This document shows, one piece after another, positions 11,791-25,372 of a DNA stretch of 64,000 nt. The first letter of the stretch is position 1, and each line of letters begins with the position of its first letter. This stretch comes from Octopus vulgaris (lineage: Eukaryota), in contig OX597815.1 of the NCBI GenBank assembly GCA_951406725.2, forward strand, positions 88,536,001-88,600,000. The letters run 5' to 3'. The notes under the pieces were generated by a model, which made no database searches, was not told the origin of the DNA, and saw only the letters and a program-made list of their open reading frames with translations. A program made the position numbers and the translations under genes.

Positions 11791-11795
<5 letters not shown>
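11682..11795 (+). mobile_element. Solo 3' fragment of a Penelope pLTR inside (TA)n (copy at about 32602-32715)
   Basis: GCTCGAAACGTC..TTCCTGAGCGTCCAATAATAC..TTTGTTCCAC is homologous to the reverse complement of 123-237; starts at the 3' strand of hammerhead stem II. Confidence 0.65.
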
Positions 11796-11873
<78 letters not shown>

Positions 11874-12207
11874 CTGTATGTGTGTGTATGTATATGTGTA
11901 TATATATATGTGTATTCCTCATTTATATACCTTTTCATTCCTACATAACTACAATAATCATAAGATATATTGATTTTTTATAATTCTACTATTATTTCTC
12001 TTTTGATAACTTTCTCTTTCCTCTGTTTATACTTTATCTAATATAATACACCTAATTATAATAATAATAATTGATTCCTTTGTATGCATATACATATAAA
12101 TATATATATATATGTGTTTATGTATACTTATGTATATGTATGTATATGTAAAAGTGTGTATATATGAATGTATTTATATTTATAACTTAACCTTATGAAC
12201 TTTCTAA

Positions 12208-12294
12208 ACTCTCTGACGAAGCCCCGAGACACACCCAAGTATCTTAATCTTATCTACCAAATACGTCAGTTCACTGAAGGGCTGGAAGTAGAGT
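12208..12294 (+). ncRNA. Degenerate type-I hammerhead-like motif (copy at 33130-33216)
   Basis: ACUCU-CUGACGA-AGCCC-(54 nt)-GGGCU-GGAAGU-AGAGU: stems I and II and the 5' core are intact; GAAA/stem III is damaged. Confidence 0.45.
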
Positions 12295-12318
12295 ATATAT
12301 ATATATATTTTACTTACT

Positions 12319-12385
<67 letters not shown>

Positions 12386-12602
12386 AATTACTATTGAATA
12401 TGTTGGTCATGTTTCTTGGTAAGAAAGTAAGAAATCAATATTAGACCATTTCAATTTCATCAGGAGGAATAAAGATGATTGTTTTATTGTACATAAATGG
12501 TTTCTTGTATAATTTCTGTAGTTTGGTTTTGTTGGTTGTTTTGTTTTCCACAAAACGCTATCACATGTTTTATAATCGTTCAAATGTGTGTGTATGTATG
12601 TA

Positions 12603-12664
<62 letters not shown>

Positions 12665-12787
12665 GCTTAAGATATTTGAGGACAGATTTATGTTTATAAA
12701 AAAAAACATATATAACATATAATATCTTTATCAAAAAATTATATGACACTTTTCTATAGTGTTATTCAATAAAACACACACACACGG

Positions 12788-12858
<71 letters not shown>

Positions 12859-13009
12859 CATTCTCTTGTTTGTAGGTTGTCACACTGTCACACGTATCAT
12901 GATATCCAGTGGGGATTACTCACAAAATAATACCTATATATATATATATATATATGTAAATATGTATATATGTATATATGTATGTATGTGCGTGTGTGTG
13001 AATAAATAA

Positions 13010-13047
<38 letters not shown>

Positions 13048-13344
13048 GTACTTACTACTATGTATGCATTCATCCATGCATACAGACGCACATATATACC
13101 AACAATTAATTTACAAACGAAAGAGAAAGTGAAAGAACATGGAGAGGTTTGTATATTTTATAAGCAAACATTCGACACATTGACTCCACAATTACTTTAC
13201 TAGAAATTTCATGTAGTGTAGATGTGTGTGTGTGTGCATGCGTGTGCGAGTGTGTGTGTGTGTGTGAAATTTTGAGGAGCAATACAGTAAATCACATACG
13301 TACACACATACATAAACAGACATACATAACGTATACGTACATAC

Positions 13345-13605
13345 AAATACATGCATACAAACTTAGGTTCTTACCGAGTGATAGACTCATAAGGCCAGAT
13401 TCTCAGATTCTGTGGTGTATACATTACTCCTCTAGACAGGACAGCATTCAGTGTCAGAATTACTCATTTTTACCAGCTTAGTGGACTGGAGCATCGGGAA
13501 ACGGAGTGTTTTGATCAAGAACATAACGCATCGCCCGGTCCAGGATTCGAAAGCAAAAATCTACGATCATGAATGCAAACCGTTAACCCCTAAGACACGT
13601 GCGTC
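13345..13605 (-). mobile_element. Diverged SINE related to family C
   Basis: ACTCATTTTTACCAGCTTAGTGGACTGGAGCA..GATCAAGAACATAACGCATCGCCCGG..CCCTAAGACACGTGCGTCC matches the head region of 20935-21258. Confidence 0.65.
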
Positions 13606-13821
13606 CATAAATAAATACATACATGCACAGGCAACACATGCATTCATACATATGTATACGAAAATATCATGTGTACACAGACATGACCACATATAAGATA
13701 TGTGTGTGCATGTGTGCGTATAAATATGTATACATGCACTCACTAATACACACCCACGCACGTACTGGTCTCCTTCTAAGTCTTCTTACAAGTATGTGTG
13801 TGTATATGTATATATATATAG

Positions 13822-13864
<43 letters not shown>

Positions 13865-13872
13865 GATGTGTA

Positions 13873-13929
<57 letters not shown>

Positions 13930-14502
13930 ACAGATAGACGGATGGCAACAATCATATTTATAACAGTTACTAGTGCCATTCGTCAGGCTAAAGATTATTT
14001 ATGCCACTATTGTTGTCTGCAATAACATTAAATTGTTATTGGTGTTTTGCATCCAAAGGAAGAACATAAATAAAAATAATGAAAAAAAAAAAATCAATAT
14101 GCAAATCAATTGAAAACAAAAACACGAACAACTAAATTAACTGAAAGAAGCCAATGAAGAGAGCATAGGTTCTCACCGAGTGAGAAAAACAGGTAGAGAG
14201 AGAGAGAGAAACTTGCTTCTTTTTAAGCATAATTTATTTATTTATATATTTATATATTTCGTAGAGGCATTTTTTCCTGTGCTGTATCGATCAAACTATG
14301 GCAACGATGACTTACTAGGCTTCATTTTTGAAGATTTATGATTCATGTTTAAGTAATACTATCAACTGTGTATCATAGAAATTACAGAGAATTTGGTTTC
14401 GGAATTATACCGTCTTAAAAGCGGCCACACAGATATACCTGCTCGTACACTCATGCGCACGTACACATCATTCTAACTCACTCATATACACGCTAGGCGA
14501 GT

Positions 14503-14601
<99 letters not shown>

Positions 14602-14882
14602 AAGAATGTGTACATATGCGTACGTGCGTTTTTTTGTAACTCTGCTAACACAGTAGACTACGGTATTCGAATTACACGTGCAACTAACCGACAGGCCTGC
14701 AGATAGTTTCTAGCTTCTCATTTTCATTTAGAAAACTTTTGCCGATTGTAAATTCAGAAGCACTTAGTCAAGTGTCTTTGATCACAATCCGAGGTTATGG
14801 CCAAAGAAACTTACCTAAATGCTGCGGTGTTGGATGGAACAAGAAACACACACAGACACACACACACACATCTCTCATTTCC

Positions 14883-15028
<146 letters not shown>

Positions 15029-15759
15029 TCTTTAATTCTTTTACTTGTTTCAGTCATTGGACTGCGGCCATGCTCGGGCACTATCTTAAAGAATTTTAGT
15101 CGAATGAAACAATCCCAATACTTATGTTCGACTGCTACTGTTAAGCTTAGAGCTCCACGTAGATTATTATCGCTCAATATGCTCCCAGGATAGTGGTTAA
15201 GCAACAACTATAGTTAGTAGTATTACTAGTTATGAAATAGAGAGCCAATGTAGGAGAAATAACGATAAACTTAGCTTTATATTATTAGTTCCTACGTACG
15301 TTTTACCATTATGATTACTTGGAACTTTGCAATTATTGTTCCAAATGCATATGGATGTTTTACCAGAACGGATTTTCAGGGAACACTTTATTGCATCACA
15401 TTACATTTTTTTGCAATAAGTGAGACATATAAAGAAAAATAGTAAACAAACAAGAATACACAGCCCAAAACATTGTCACATGTGTTACATGTTATAGTTC
15501 GAGTTGATTTTACCAATAAAGCGTTGGAATTTTACTCTTTGTTGGATTGACCTGTTTGGTTGTAGGTTATTTATGAAGCCGAAATGTGATCTTTCATAAT
15601 TATATAAGTATTTTTTCGGCGAGAATTTTAACCCCATAATCTTACTTAAAACCGGAGCTTATTCTTTTGGCCTTATTACCTATTGTACTTATAGTATTAT
15701 TGGTGATGCCATTTTTGGTTATTGGTTATTCTACTTTCAGTAGGTTGTTAAGAATACTC

Positions 15760-16166
15760 TTTTCTATTCTAGGCACAAGGCCCGAAATTTTTTGGGAGGG
15801 GTCCAGTCGATTAGATCGACCCCAGTTCACAACTGGTACTGAATTTATCGACCCCGAAGGGTTGAAAGGCAAAGTCGACCTCGGCAGAATTTGGACTCAG
15901 AATGTAAAGAACCAGACGAAATACCTATTTCTTTGCTACCCACGAGGGGCTAAACACAGAAGGGACAAGGAAAAGGACAGACAAACGAATTAAAGTCGAT
16001 TATATCGACCCCAGTTCGAAAAACTGGTACTTATTTAATCGACTCTGACGAAGGATGAAAGGCTAAGTCGACCTCGGCAGGAATTTGAACTCAGAACGTA
16101 AAGACAGACGAAATACCGCTAAGCATTTCGCCCGGCGTTCTAACGTTTCTGCCAGCTCGCTGCCTT
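15760..16166 (-). mobile_element. SINE family B with a duplicated core (two Meta-like domains; copy at about 36700-37097)
   Basis: TCGACCCCAGTTC..CTGGTACT..TCGAC..GAAAGGC.AAGTCGACCTCGGCAG..CTCAGAA.GTAAAGA..AGACGAAATACC occurs twice in tandem; head at the 16166 end. Confidence 0.85.
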
Positions 16167-16625
16167 GGTTGTTTTAAATATTGCAATGCTAACTTGTTTT
16201 GTCTGCCCGTATAAGTATTTTTTTTTGATTTCCGGATCTTCTCTTTATTGAGTTTTTGTTGGAAGATGTTATACATTTTTATCAGCTCTATATTCTTCAC
16301 CATTTTGAAGATGCCCTCGAAGTGATATGTTCGTAGATAGATATCCTTTTGTCACGAAGACGAATTTGGACGCCTTTGGTGCTTATTCGTCCAGTTTGTG
16401 GAAAAAGAATACCTTCTAGCGCATTCTTTTCATCTAAATCGTTTGCGCGATATATTGACAATTTCACGCAGTATTAGTAAGAAGTATGCAGTATGCCTAT
16501 ATTTCTAGTGCATCATGCTGGGATGAATTAAAAATAATATCGCGGCACGTTGAAGGGAAACCATTTAAAGTTGAAAGAGTTGTTAGGAGCAAATAATTTT
16601 CAAATGCTGAGAGATAGATAGATAG

Positions 16626-16687
<62 letters not shown>

Positions 16688-17588
16688 GATAGAGAAAGAG
16701 TGGGAAAATGAGAGAGAGTGAGAGAGATAATGAGAGAGAACATTCCAGAGAAAGATGAATGAGAATTTGAAGTAAAAGTGACTCAGTGTATGATTAGGAG
16801 CAAAGGGAAAAGAAACTATGAATGACACAAGAGTGAGAGAAAAAAAGATAAAGCGACCAACAACATACATATATATATATATATACATATATAGAAAGAG
16901 AGAGAGAGAGGGGGAGAGAGAGAGAGAGCAAAGATTAAGATGAGCATAAATAAGTGTGAGAGAGCAAGAGTTAGGTAAGCGATGGTGGGGAATCTTATGC
17001 AGAGTAGTAACAGATTTAGAAAATGTTACATCAAAACAAGGAGGAAAAAAATGTGTTGCAAAAGTAAACCAGAAACGTAAACAAGCCAGGAAACTGCTTC
17101 TTTTGACAAACTCAGGTTTTATAAAGATTAAATAAGAAGTAAAATAAAATAAAAACGAGTAATCTATAAAGTTCATATTAAAACAAAATAAAACATTATT
17201 TAATAAAACTAGATTCCAGTTACGTTAAACAATAATGTATCAACGAAGATGTTTAATTTTATGCTTAATCTGTTTGGTCTTCCTGATTAAAGACTGACAT
17301 CCTTTATACCTGTCGGTTTTTCAGCAAAAAAATCTTAGAGCAGTGTTTTTTTAAAAATTCTGCTTGAATCTTTGATTTCTTTTTTTTTTTCAGAAAATTC
17401 TTTACTTGTGGAGATTTCCATTACTGTATCTGAGTAATTAATTGTTGTTTAGATATTACTATAAAATGCAACTGAGGTGTGAACGTGACCCAATTTATTA
17501 ATTCAGGAAACCCAAACCTGATGTTCCGCTTCCGTTCATTTTTATTTATTTCCATCGCAGCATTCTGTCTCTCTTTCGCTCTCTTTCA

Positions 17589-17625
<37 letters not shown>

Positions 17626-17730
17626 ATATGTATGTGTGCGTATGTATACATACACATATGTATCCATGTATAAATATATATTATACTGACATATGTACAC
17701 ATTATACATTTTTACATAAATATTCACACA

Positions 17731-17766
<36 letters not shown>

Positions 17767-17853
17767 TGTATGTATATGCATGACTGTCTGCCTGTATGTA
17801 TATATGTATCTACCTATGTGTCTATCTCTATTTCTTTGTGTTTGTGAGTGTGC

Positions 17854-17912
<59 letters not shown>

Positions 17913-18119
17913 CATATATACACATACATATATATGTATATATACGCCCGCGCATGTGTGTGTGAAGACAGTATATACTTGAAACGAATCAAACTTGACT
18001 TAACTAATTCTTTGTAATAAACTTATTTGGCTTGTGGCTAAACTCGTATTTAATCTTAATCTTGTCCAAGTCATTGCAGGTAGTAATATTATATAAGAAA
18101 CAAAACACAGACACACACA

Positions 18120-18178
<59 letters not shown>

Positions 18179-18529
18179 GAGCGCATATATGCATTTGCGG
18201 TCTTATACGTATTCCTTGAATATCAGAGATATCTTGATTAAATTACCCAGATCTCAAATTTATACGTAAAACGAGAACGTGATTACGTCTCACTTAGTTG
18301 TTTCACTTATTCAATCCCTTTTTATTTTGTATGCATTACGTGTGCCTACGGTGACAGTTCTAGTATTTCTTCCTATATTGCCAACCATAACATCTTAACT
18401 TCCTAAAGGCTTTCAATTTTCTGTCAAATAGATTTGTTTTTCTTTTGTTTGTCCTTCATTTTGTGAATTATAATGAATTATGCAACCACAATCCAAAGCC
18501 AAAAAGTGTCTAGATATAAAATTCATGTT

Positions 18530-18825
18530 AACTGGGATTTTGAGTTTCGACTGGCAGCTTATTCAACCAAACTCGTGAATATGCTACCAGGTAAAGTCCA
18601 CAGTGAACACTAGGTAATACAAAGGTGGAAATACTTCGTCCTCGAACAATTGTCGACACTTTACAAAACCCAAGTAAGGCCCAAACAACACTACTGTCAA
18701 TATACGCAAAAATATATCATAGTGCATCTCAAAGAAAGCCAACGGCTGATTGTCGAGGAACCACTTATCAACGCAATCCAAATTTTGATCTGCTGGCACA
18801 GTGTCCCCGCTCTCTCCCATCAACA
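18530..18825 (+). mobile_element. Degenerate Jockey/CR1-group LINE ORF2 C-terminal fragment
   Basis: KYFVLEQLSTLYKTQVRPKQHYC..RLIVEEPLINAIQ resembles the post-RT motif L.TLYK.QVRP..EYC. Confidence 0.55.
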
Positions 18826-18829
18826 CATA

Positions 18830-19112
18830 ACACTTCGTCGGTTACGACGATGAAGGTTCCAGTTGATCCGATCAATCGTGAAATTAACCTGGAAGTAGCA
18901 GAGCGCTCCACAGACACGCATTCACGTAGTTCTTAGGGAAATTCAGCGTGACACAGAATGTGACAAGGTAAACATTTTGAACTACAAGCACAACACATTT
19001 TTGCCAGCTGAGTGGACGGAAGCACTGAAATAAAGTGTCTTGCTCAAGGACACGACGCATAGCCTGAAATCGAACTCATGACTCTACGATCGTGAACCGA
19101 ATACATAACCAT
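18830..19112 (-). mobile_element. SINE family C
   Basis: Homologous to 20935-21258. Confidence 0.8.
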
Positions 19113-19979
19113 ACATAAATCCTCCCGCCTAAAATACACATATCTACGTATTCAGTGTCATTATTATCAAGTGTTGTTTTCTCAGCTAGCTGAATAGCAC
19201 TGATCGTTATCTCAGTGTTTCTAGTGCTATAATTATAAAGGTGCTGTATTTTAAGTCTTTCCAGTTCTTGACACCCATCCTTGTAATTCTTGGTTTTCTT
19301 CCTTTCTTACTATTTATTTTGCCTTCTATTAACAGCCTCTGTAAACTATTTTGCTAATGGTGTTCAGGATATTTTAGCTTTCCCGATCCTGATGACACCT
19401 GATAAAATTTTCTTGTTGTCAGTTTTAGTGACTTCACCGTTGATTTATATACCACATACACCTAAATTTACGTACTTAGTACCACGAAGCTAAAAAGAAA
19501 AAAAACTTCTAGATACATAACAACATTTGCAAGACATATTGCTACACATATAGTACATACATAATCCCTCACATGTATGTGTGTATAGCTATGAGTATTC
19601 ATAACTGTACATACATACACAGCTACTCACGCATACATATACAATCTCATATTGTCTATGCACAATGAAAGATACCGAAACACAATGTAAGTTGTTACAA
19701 CTCATCAACATATAACACCAATAACCATACTTACACACACATCTGTTTCTGTTGGCTGAATTACGAACTCCACCCGTATTAATCACACATGAACATAAAC
19801 ACAATTTATGTAACAGCTCATACATATACAAATATACATAACCATATTACCACATTCTCACTCAACTTATATGATCGCACAGTTCCATACAGACAATATA
19901 GCTGATAATCTACACAGACCATTGGCTCAAAAGAGGGTTCTACTGAAGATTGTGTCTTTATATAAGGAAGCAAACTGTA

Positions 19980-20070
19980 TCTACGAGCCAACAATTATGC
20001 ATCTATGAGACAACGATGTTACGTCTATGGGCTAACAGAAGGAGGTCTCTATGAACCAACAATGGCGCTT
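19980..20070. repeat. Degenerate 22-24 bp minisatellite, 4 units
   Basis: TCTACGAGCCAACAATTATGCA / TCTATGAGACAACGATGTTACG / TCTATGGGCTAACAGAAGGAGGTC / TCTATGAACCAACAATGGCGCT. Confidence 0.6.
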
Positions 20071-20331
20071 ATAAGACCCCAAAACTTCTCTTTGTAATTT
20101 CTCATCCTACTAAAAATAGCATCTAAATCTCCCCCCACAAACTTACTATAACGTCTTAAAAGGGAATGATACATTGTAAACTATATCAAATAAACTACAT
20201 CTGAAAAATGTTGGACGTCTTTGATAATTGATCTGCTTAAAGCTGACCCGAGCCAAAACGATAGCAATAAGAACAGGCACATGTATACATATATTATTTA
20301 CTTATTTACTCTTATGCAGACATACATATCC

Positions 20332-20379
<48 letters not shown>

Positions 20380-20934
20380 CAGATATATACATACAACCAC
20401 TGTTTTCAATGCCCACGTTTCTCGCATATAAACTCAACAGTCTGTTTAGTTTCGTATACAATACACTTAAGTCCGCGTCTACCTGCACGTAAATAATGGC
20501 AGCACTGTAAAATTTACGTCTGTTCAACTCTTTCTACTATTGTTGTTCAAAACATAGGCCTGTCCACTGACCATAGGTGTTCCAGCCGTGATTATTGTCT
20601 TTTTTTTAGAGATGTAATGTATACAATATTACATTATACACTGTGTAATTCATGTTTTTGAGATGGTTTGGATGCTATTTTCATCAAGTGTAGCAACCAT
20701 GTAGATGACACCTCGTTGATTTTGTTTTCCTAAGAAGGTAGTTTATACTTAAATACTACAGCATAAGTGTATAAAAACGGTGTGCGTCGGAACATGTATA
20801 TTAATAATAGTGATACAACATTAAAGCACACCATAGACACACGTGTAAATTGACGCAATAAACACAAAAATACATATGGATATAGAGTATACATTTAATC
20901 ACACACCTAACGAAATACTCGCGAACTCATACAA

Positions 20935-21258
20935 GGAGCACTCCGTCGGTTGCGACGATGAGGGTCCCAGCTGATACGATCAACGGAACAGCTTGCTTGT
21001 GAAATTAACGTGCAAGTGACTGAGCAATCCACAGATACGTCTACCCCTAACGTAGTTCTCAGGGAGATTCAGCGTGACACAGAGTGTGACAAGGCCGGCT
21101 CTTTGAAATACAGGTACAACTCATTTTTGCCAGCTGAGTGGACTGGAGTACCGTGAAATAAAATATCCTGCTCAAGGACACAACGCGTCGCCGGGAATGG
21201 AACTCATGACCCTACAGTCGTGAGCCGAATGCACTAACCACTAAGCCACGTGCCTTCA
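20935..21258 (-). mobile_element. Full-length SINE family C with 13-bp TSD (copy at about 41891-42214)
   Basis: TSD CGAACTCATACAA at 20922-20934 and 21259-21271; tRNA-like head TGGCTTAGTGGTTAG..GAGTTCCATTCCC. Confidence 0.92.
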
Positions 21259-24075
21259 CGAACTCATACAACATGCAAAATATAAAACATAAGACATATA
21301 GACATAAAACTACGTATCATAATCACGCAGAAAATTCACGCACACACAGCTACTTCCTCTTATACACACACACACTTCTGTAAATAGGAAGAAAAGCCAC
21401 ACAGGAATAAAAAATATAATAAAAAAGAAAAGAATTTAGTCTATTAACAAAACGTCTTTTCTGTGAATGACACCATTCTGCGATACACGTTGAACAAAAG
21501 AGCGGATACACTCCCTGAATGCACGACTTTTACAATTAATGACTTATTATATAATCACAAAGAGTAGTTCTTCTTTTGTGTTGAGGTGGAAGAAAAGAGG
21601 ACTGGAGTGATCTTAATTTCATGTTTTTTTTTTCAGTTATAAGCGCCGTAATATTGCGAATCGAATTTAGATCGTGCATTTGATTCAACAAGAACATCCT
21701 GTTATATCAGCCGTCTTTAAGACATATTTTTATAATAAAAATTTCTTATATAAATGCACAAAAAGTCTGTCAATTTTATGGGATGAACTAATGGAGAATT
21801 TTGTACATTTATGACCTTCTGAAGGCCTTAGCGATGTAAAATGAAAGACATTTTTTTAGATGAAAATCGATATCAAAATATAAATTTACCGTTGCTACCC
21901 ATCACTAGTAACCTCAGAATCACACGTAGTAAAAAAAGACAAAAAACCTCCCCAAAAACAAAATACAAAACAAAATCAAAATAACAAGATATATACATCC
22001 TAAATGCAAAGATTTTATACTATATCGATTACATAAACATGAATTATACAAATTGTAATAGGAAAGTTGCTTTCTGAAAAGTATTAGCAATGTAAAGTGA
22101 ACCCTAAGAAAGAATAATAGTTACAATAAATAACAATTTAAATGAAGTATTATTAAAAAGGCATTTTAAAATTGTTAAACACTTGGAAGTAACAAAAAGA
22201 AAAGCTTTGGCAATAATCTTAAATGTTGTATATTCTAAATAATTATTCTTTAATCGGAAGAAAGTTTTAATTTGGTACAGTACTGTTTTAAACTTGTAGA
22301 ATTATAATAATTGACTCAGACCAGTATACCATGAGGAATTATACATCCTTTATTTAAATTCAATACAAATCACGTAAATGCCTTCCGATTTTAAACATTA
22401 TGATTCTGTTTACAAGAGCTTATCTCAGTTTTCAATGCATGAACTTGTTGAGAAATTATGCACACCATGTAAAGGACACCGAGTTTTACCAACAGGAGCT
22501 CAAAGTACAAAATAATGAAATTTAAGTCACTACAAAACGCATCCCTACTAGGTACTAACTACCTTGTTTTCATACTCTAGTGGACTAAATGTTTTTAAGG
22601 ATTACGTATAAGAAATATAGCGATAGACTGTTTGAGTGGTAGGTCAACATTTTATTGATTCAGTTACTGCTGTGATTTTGAATTTGCGTAATACAAGAGA
22701 AAAATATAGTAAAAATTAGCCATGATGCTTATTGATTTAAGGTAGTTTTGAAAATCATGTTTTATCAGATCTGAAACAAATAAAAGTCTCTAATAAAAGC
22801 CCAAATAAAAAGTAAAGATATATTTTCTTTCTATATTCTTAACCAATGTTCAAACATTTTCTTAGCTTTGATTTTGACATTTATATCAATATTTGTAGCT
22901 TAAATGAAGTTTTGAAAGGAACTTGGCCATTTTCCGAGCCTTTCAAGAAAGAAAAGAGTACTCATTGTTCATTAAAATGATTATTAATAGCCTGAGAGGA
23001 GAAATGCCAAGATTCTGCACAAATCTTTCTCAAACTGATATTTTAGATTTTGCAGCCATATATTCATATCTAAATACTGCATTATCCAAATAGTCTAAGA
23101 CGAGGATTTCGCATGTGAAAAATAGCCATCTATCTTAATAAATCAACGTCTATTCTTCGTCTAAAGAAATTACCAGAGTATCTTTCCATGTCTGAAAGTT
23201 AATAAATGAGAAACATGGAAGAGGATAGATACGAAATGTTTTATTGATTATTACTGACAGATATTCATATAGGAATTACATATCTATCCTTTAAAAATAC
23301 ACTGCTAGCAATATATAACCGCCGCTATTTGATATTTTTCCATAAATATTTATTTTTTCCAAATTACTTCTTTCATATATATGTGCGTTGTATTCCTCTT
23401 TACACGATTTAGGAAATCCACTCAATACTATTGTCGTATTAAATTAGTTTAATTTTGGAAACCTTCGATTTCATAATATCTTTCTTCAATTTAGAGTGAG
23501 GTTAAGCAATACTTTGTTCACAGAAATTGGTTGACTACGGCTCTCGCGACTGGTTGTAATTCTGAATATGATTTAGCCTCATTAATTGTGAAATTCAGTT
23601 TACCAGTTGATATTAGCGATATTCATTCAATGTTAATTATTGTGGACCGCCTAATATTTTCAAAATATCACTAGCCATATTGTACCAAAACAATCAACAT
23701 ATCTCAATAACCGCATGGTTACCTTCTGTATAATCGTAGAGATTTTATATTTAATATGGCATCCAAAATGTACGCATAACTTATTTTTACATGCATCGTT
23801 CTCAAATTATAACAAAATTTTCCTGTTTCAGATCTATCTTATAAAATCAATGTTTATTTCAGAGTACAAGTCTTCCTATACCCAAGACAACCAAATGTAG
23901 GCATCCATTTAATCTTAAATTTTAAAGAATAAATTAAACTGAAGAATAAAGAATAAAGATGTAGATAATACTTTCAAAGCTTAAAAAGAAATTTAAAAAA
24001 GCAGTTAGCTAAATCGTCAAAGATTTCAAGGAATTTCTTATGATAGATTTAAGCAGGAATTATGTAACTTGATTC

Positions 24076-24297
24076 AAGGCAGCGAGCGAGCAGGATCGTT
24101 AACGCGTCAGACATTAATGATTAGCGGCATTCCTTCTGGTTCTTTACGTCCCTGCCTAAAATCCTGCCGGGGTCAACTCTGCCTTCTATCCTTTCGGTGT
24201 CGATGAGATAAAGTACTGCTCAAGTCCTGAGGTCGATGTTATCGACTAGCCACTCCTCTACCCTAATCTCAAGTCTTGTGTCTTTAGTGCAAAGAAA
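24076..24297 (+). mobile_element. SINE family B with 19-bp TSD
   Basis: TSD GAATTATGTAACTTGATTC at 24057-24075 and 24298-24316. Confidence 0.9.
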
Positions 24298-24501
24298 GAA
24301 TTATGTAACTTGATTCCAAAAATCTAACCGATTACAAACTGCTCATTATTTTAGGACAGAGAACCTTAATTATGAAATTGGTTTTGTGTTTTAATTTATC
24401 ACGGCGTATTACAAGTCCGCCGGCCGACCAAATCCTTGTGAGTCGATTTGGTACACAGAAACTGAAAGAACCCTGTCGTATACACACACACACACACACG
24501 C

Positions 24502-24592
<91 letters not shown>

Positions 24593-24593
<1 letters not shown>

Positions 24594-24812
24594 AAAGGGT
24601 AAAGAAACCCTTTGGTCATGAATGACCATGGAATTGCACCTAGAAAGTTACCCACGGAAGCACAAGTACGAGAAAATTTATAGAAGACCAGCTGATACTC
24701 ATACATACCAGCGTCCCCTCTCCATGCCACCGATGTTTTCCACCGAATGGCAAAAGCTTGGCACCAGTGACGTCGTAAGTCAGTGAACTTCAGCAACGCG
24801 AAATAAAGTGCT
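24593..24812 (-). mobile_element. 3' part of a SINE or RTE-type tail
   Basis: Minus strand ends in TTTACCCTTT-type repeats with a GGTCAT-GA-ATGACC palindromic stem; AGCAACGCGAAATAAAGTG links it to family C SINEs. Confidence 0.45.
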
Positions 24813-24878
<66 letters not shown>

Positions 24879-24883
24879 ACACA

Positions 24884-25372
24884 CATATAAGAGGGATGAC
24901 CACTAAGTGGACATCCATTATGCTAGAGGTAGACTTTTGAAATATAACCCCAAATGTAATTGGTAGAACTTATATGCAAGTCCAATCTCATGCGGACGTC
25001 TCGTTTATAGTTCTGCAATTTATATTTTGCTATGACGATCACACTGATGAATTGCGGACATTTATGTAAGTATTACGTAAGTAGTAACAATGAAACTGGG
25101 TTTGTGATTAATCTTTATATTTTGTATATTTTTTATTTGTCTTGCTCGCTTACGTTCTGGCGTTTGCTGAATTTTCTTGAGAACAATATTTTCTTAGTGG
25201 TCAGACCATATTGGGTCTACCTCTAGCATAATTGATGTCCACTTAGTGGTCATCCCTCTTATATGTATGTAATATAATTTTTCTGAATCTTCAGATTTTT
25301 CAGTATGCTAGGCTATCGGTTTTAAATTGATATTAATCAAATTAATATTCAATTTTTTACCCTTATTATTTA
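24884..25372 (+). mobile_element. Non-coding element with 51-bp inverted repeats and an internal hammerhead, between (TA)n tracts
   Basis: 24884-24934 is the reverse complement of 25215-25265 (50/51 identical); hammerhead at 25038-25108; sequence continues ~100 bp past the right arm to a TA run. Confidence 0.75.
25038..25108 (+). ncRNA. Type-I hammerhead ribozyme motif with intact core
   Basis: AUCACA-CUGAUGA-AUUG-(33 nt)-CAAU-GAAAC-UGG-GUU-UGUGAU: 6-bp stem I, 4-bp stem II, 2-bp stem III, NUH = GUU. Confidence 0.72.

Noticed and set aside
16043-16065. CTGACGAAGGATGAAA, resembling a hammerhead core
   Set aside because: Lies inside a SINE; copy 2 reads CTGAAAGGATGAAA; no stems
19980-20070. 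Repeat-spacer look reminiscent of CRISPR
   Set aside because: Units are contiguous, short and degenerate; eukaryotic context; no cas genes
20935-21258. tRNA-like sequence at SINE heads (also 8770, 9772, 10243, 62713)
   Set aside because: No complete cloverleaf; fused to SINE bodies, some with TSDs
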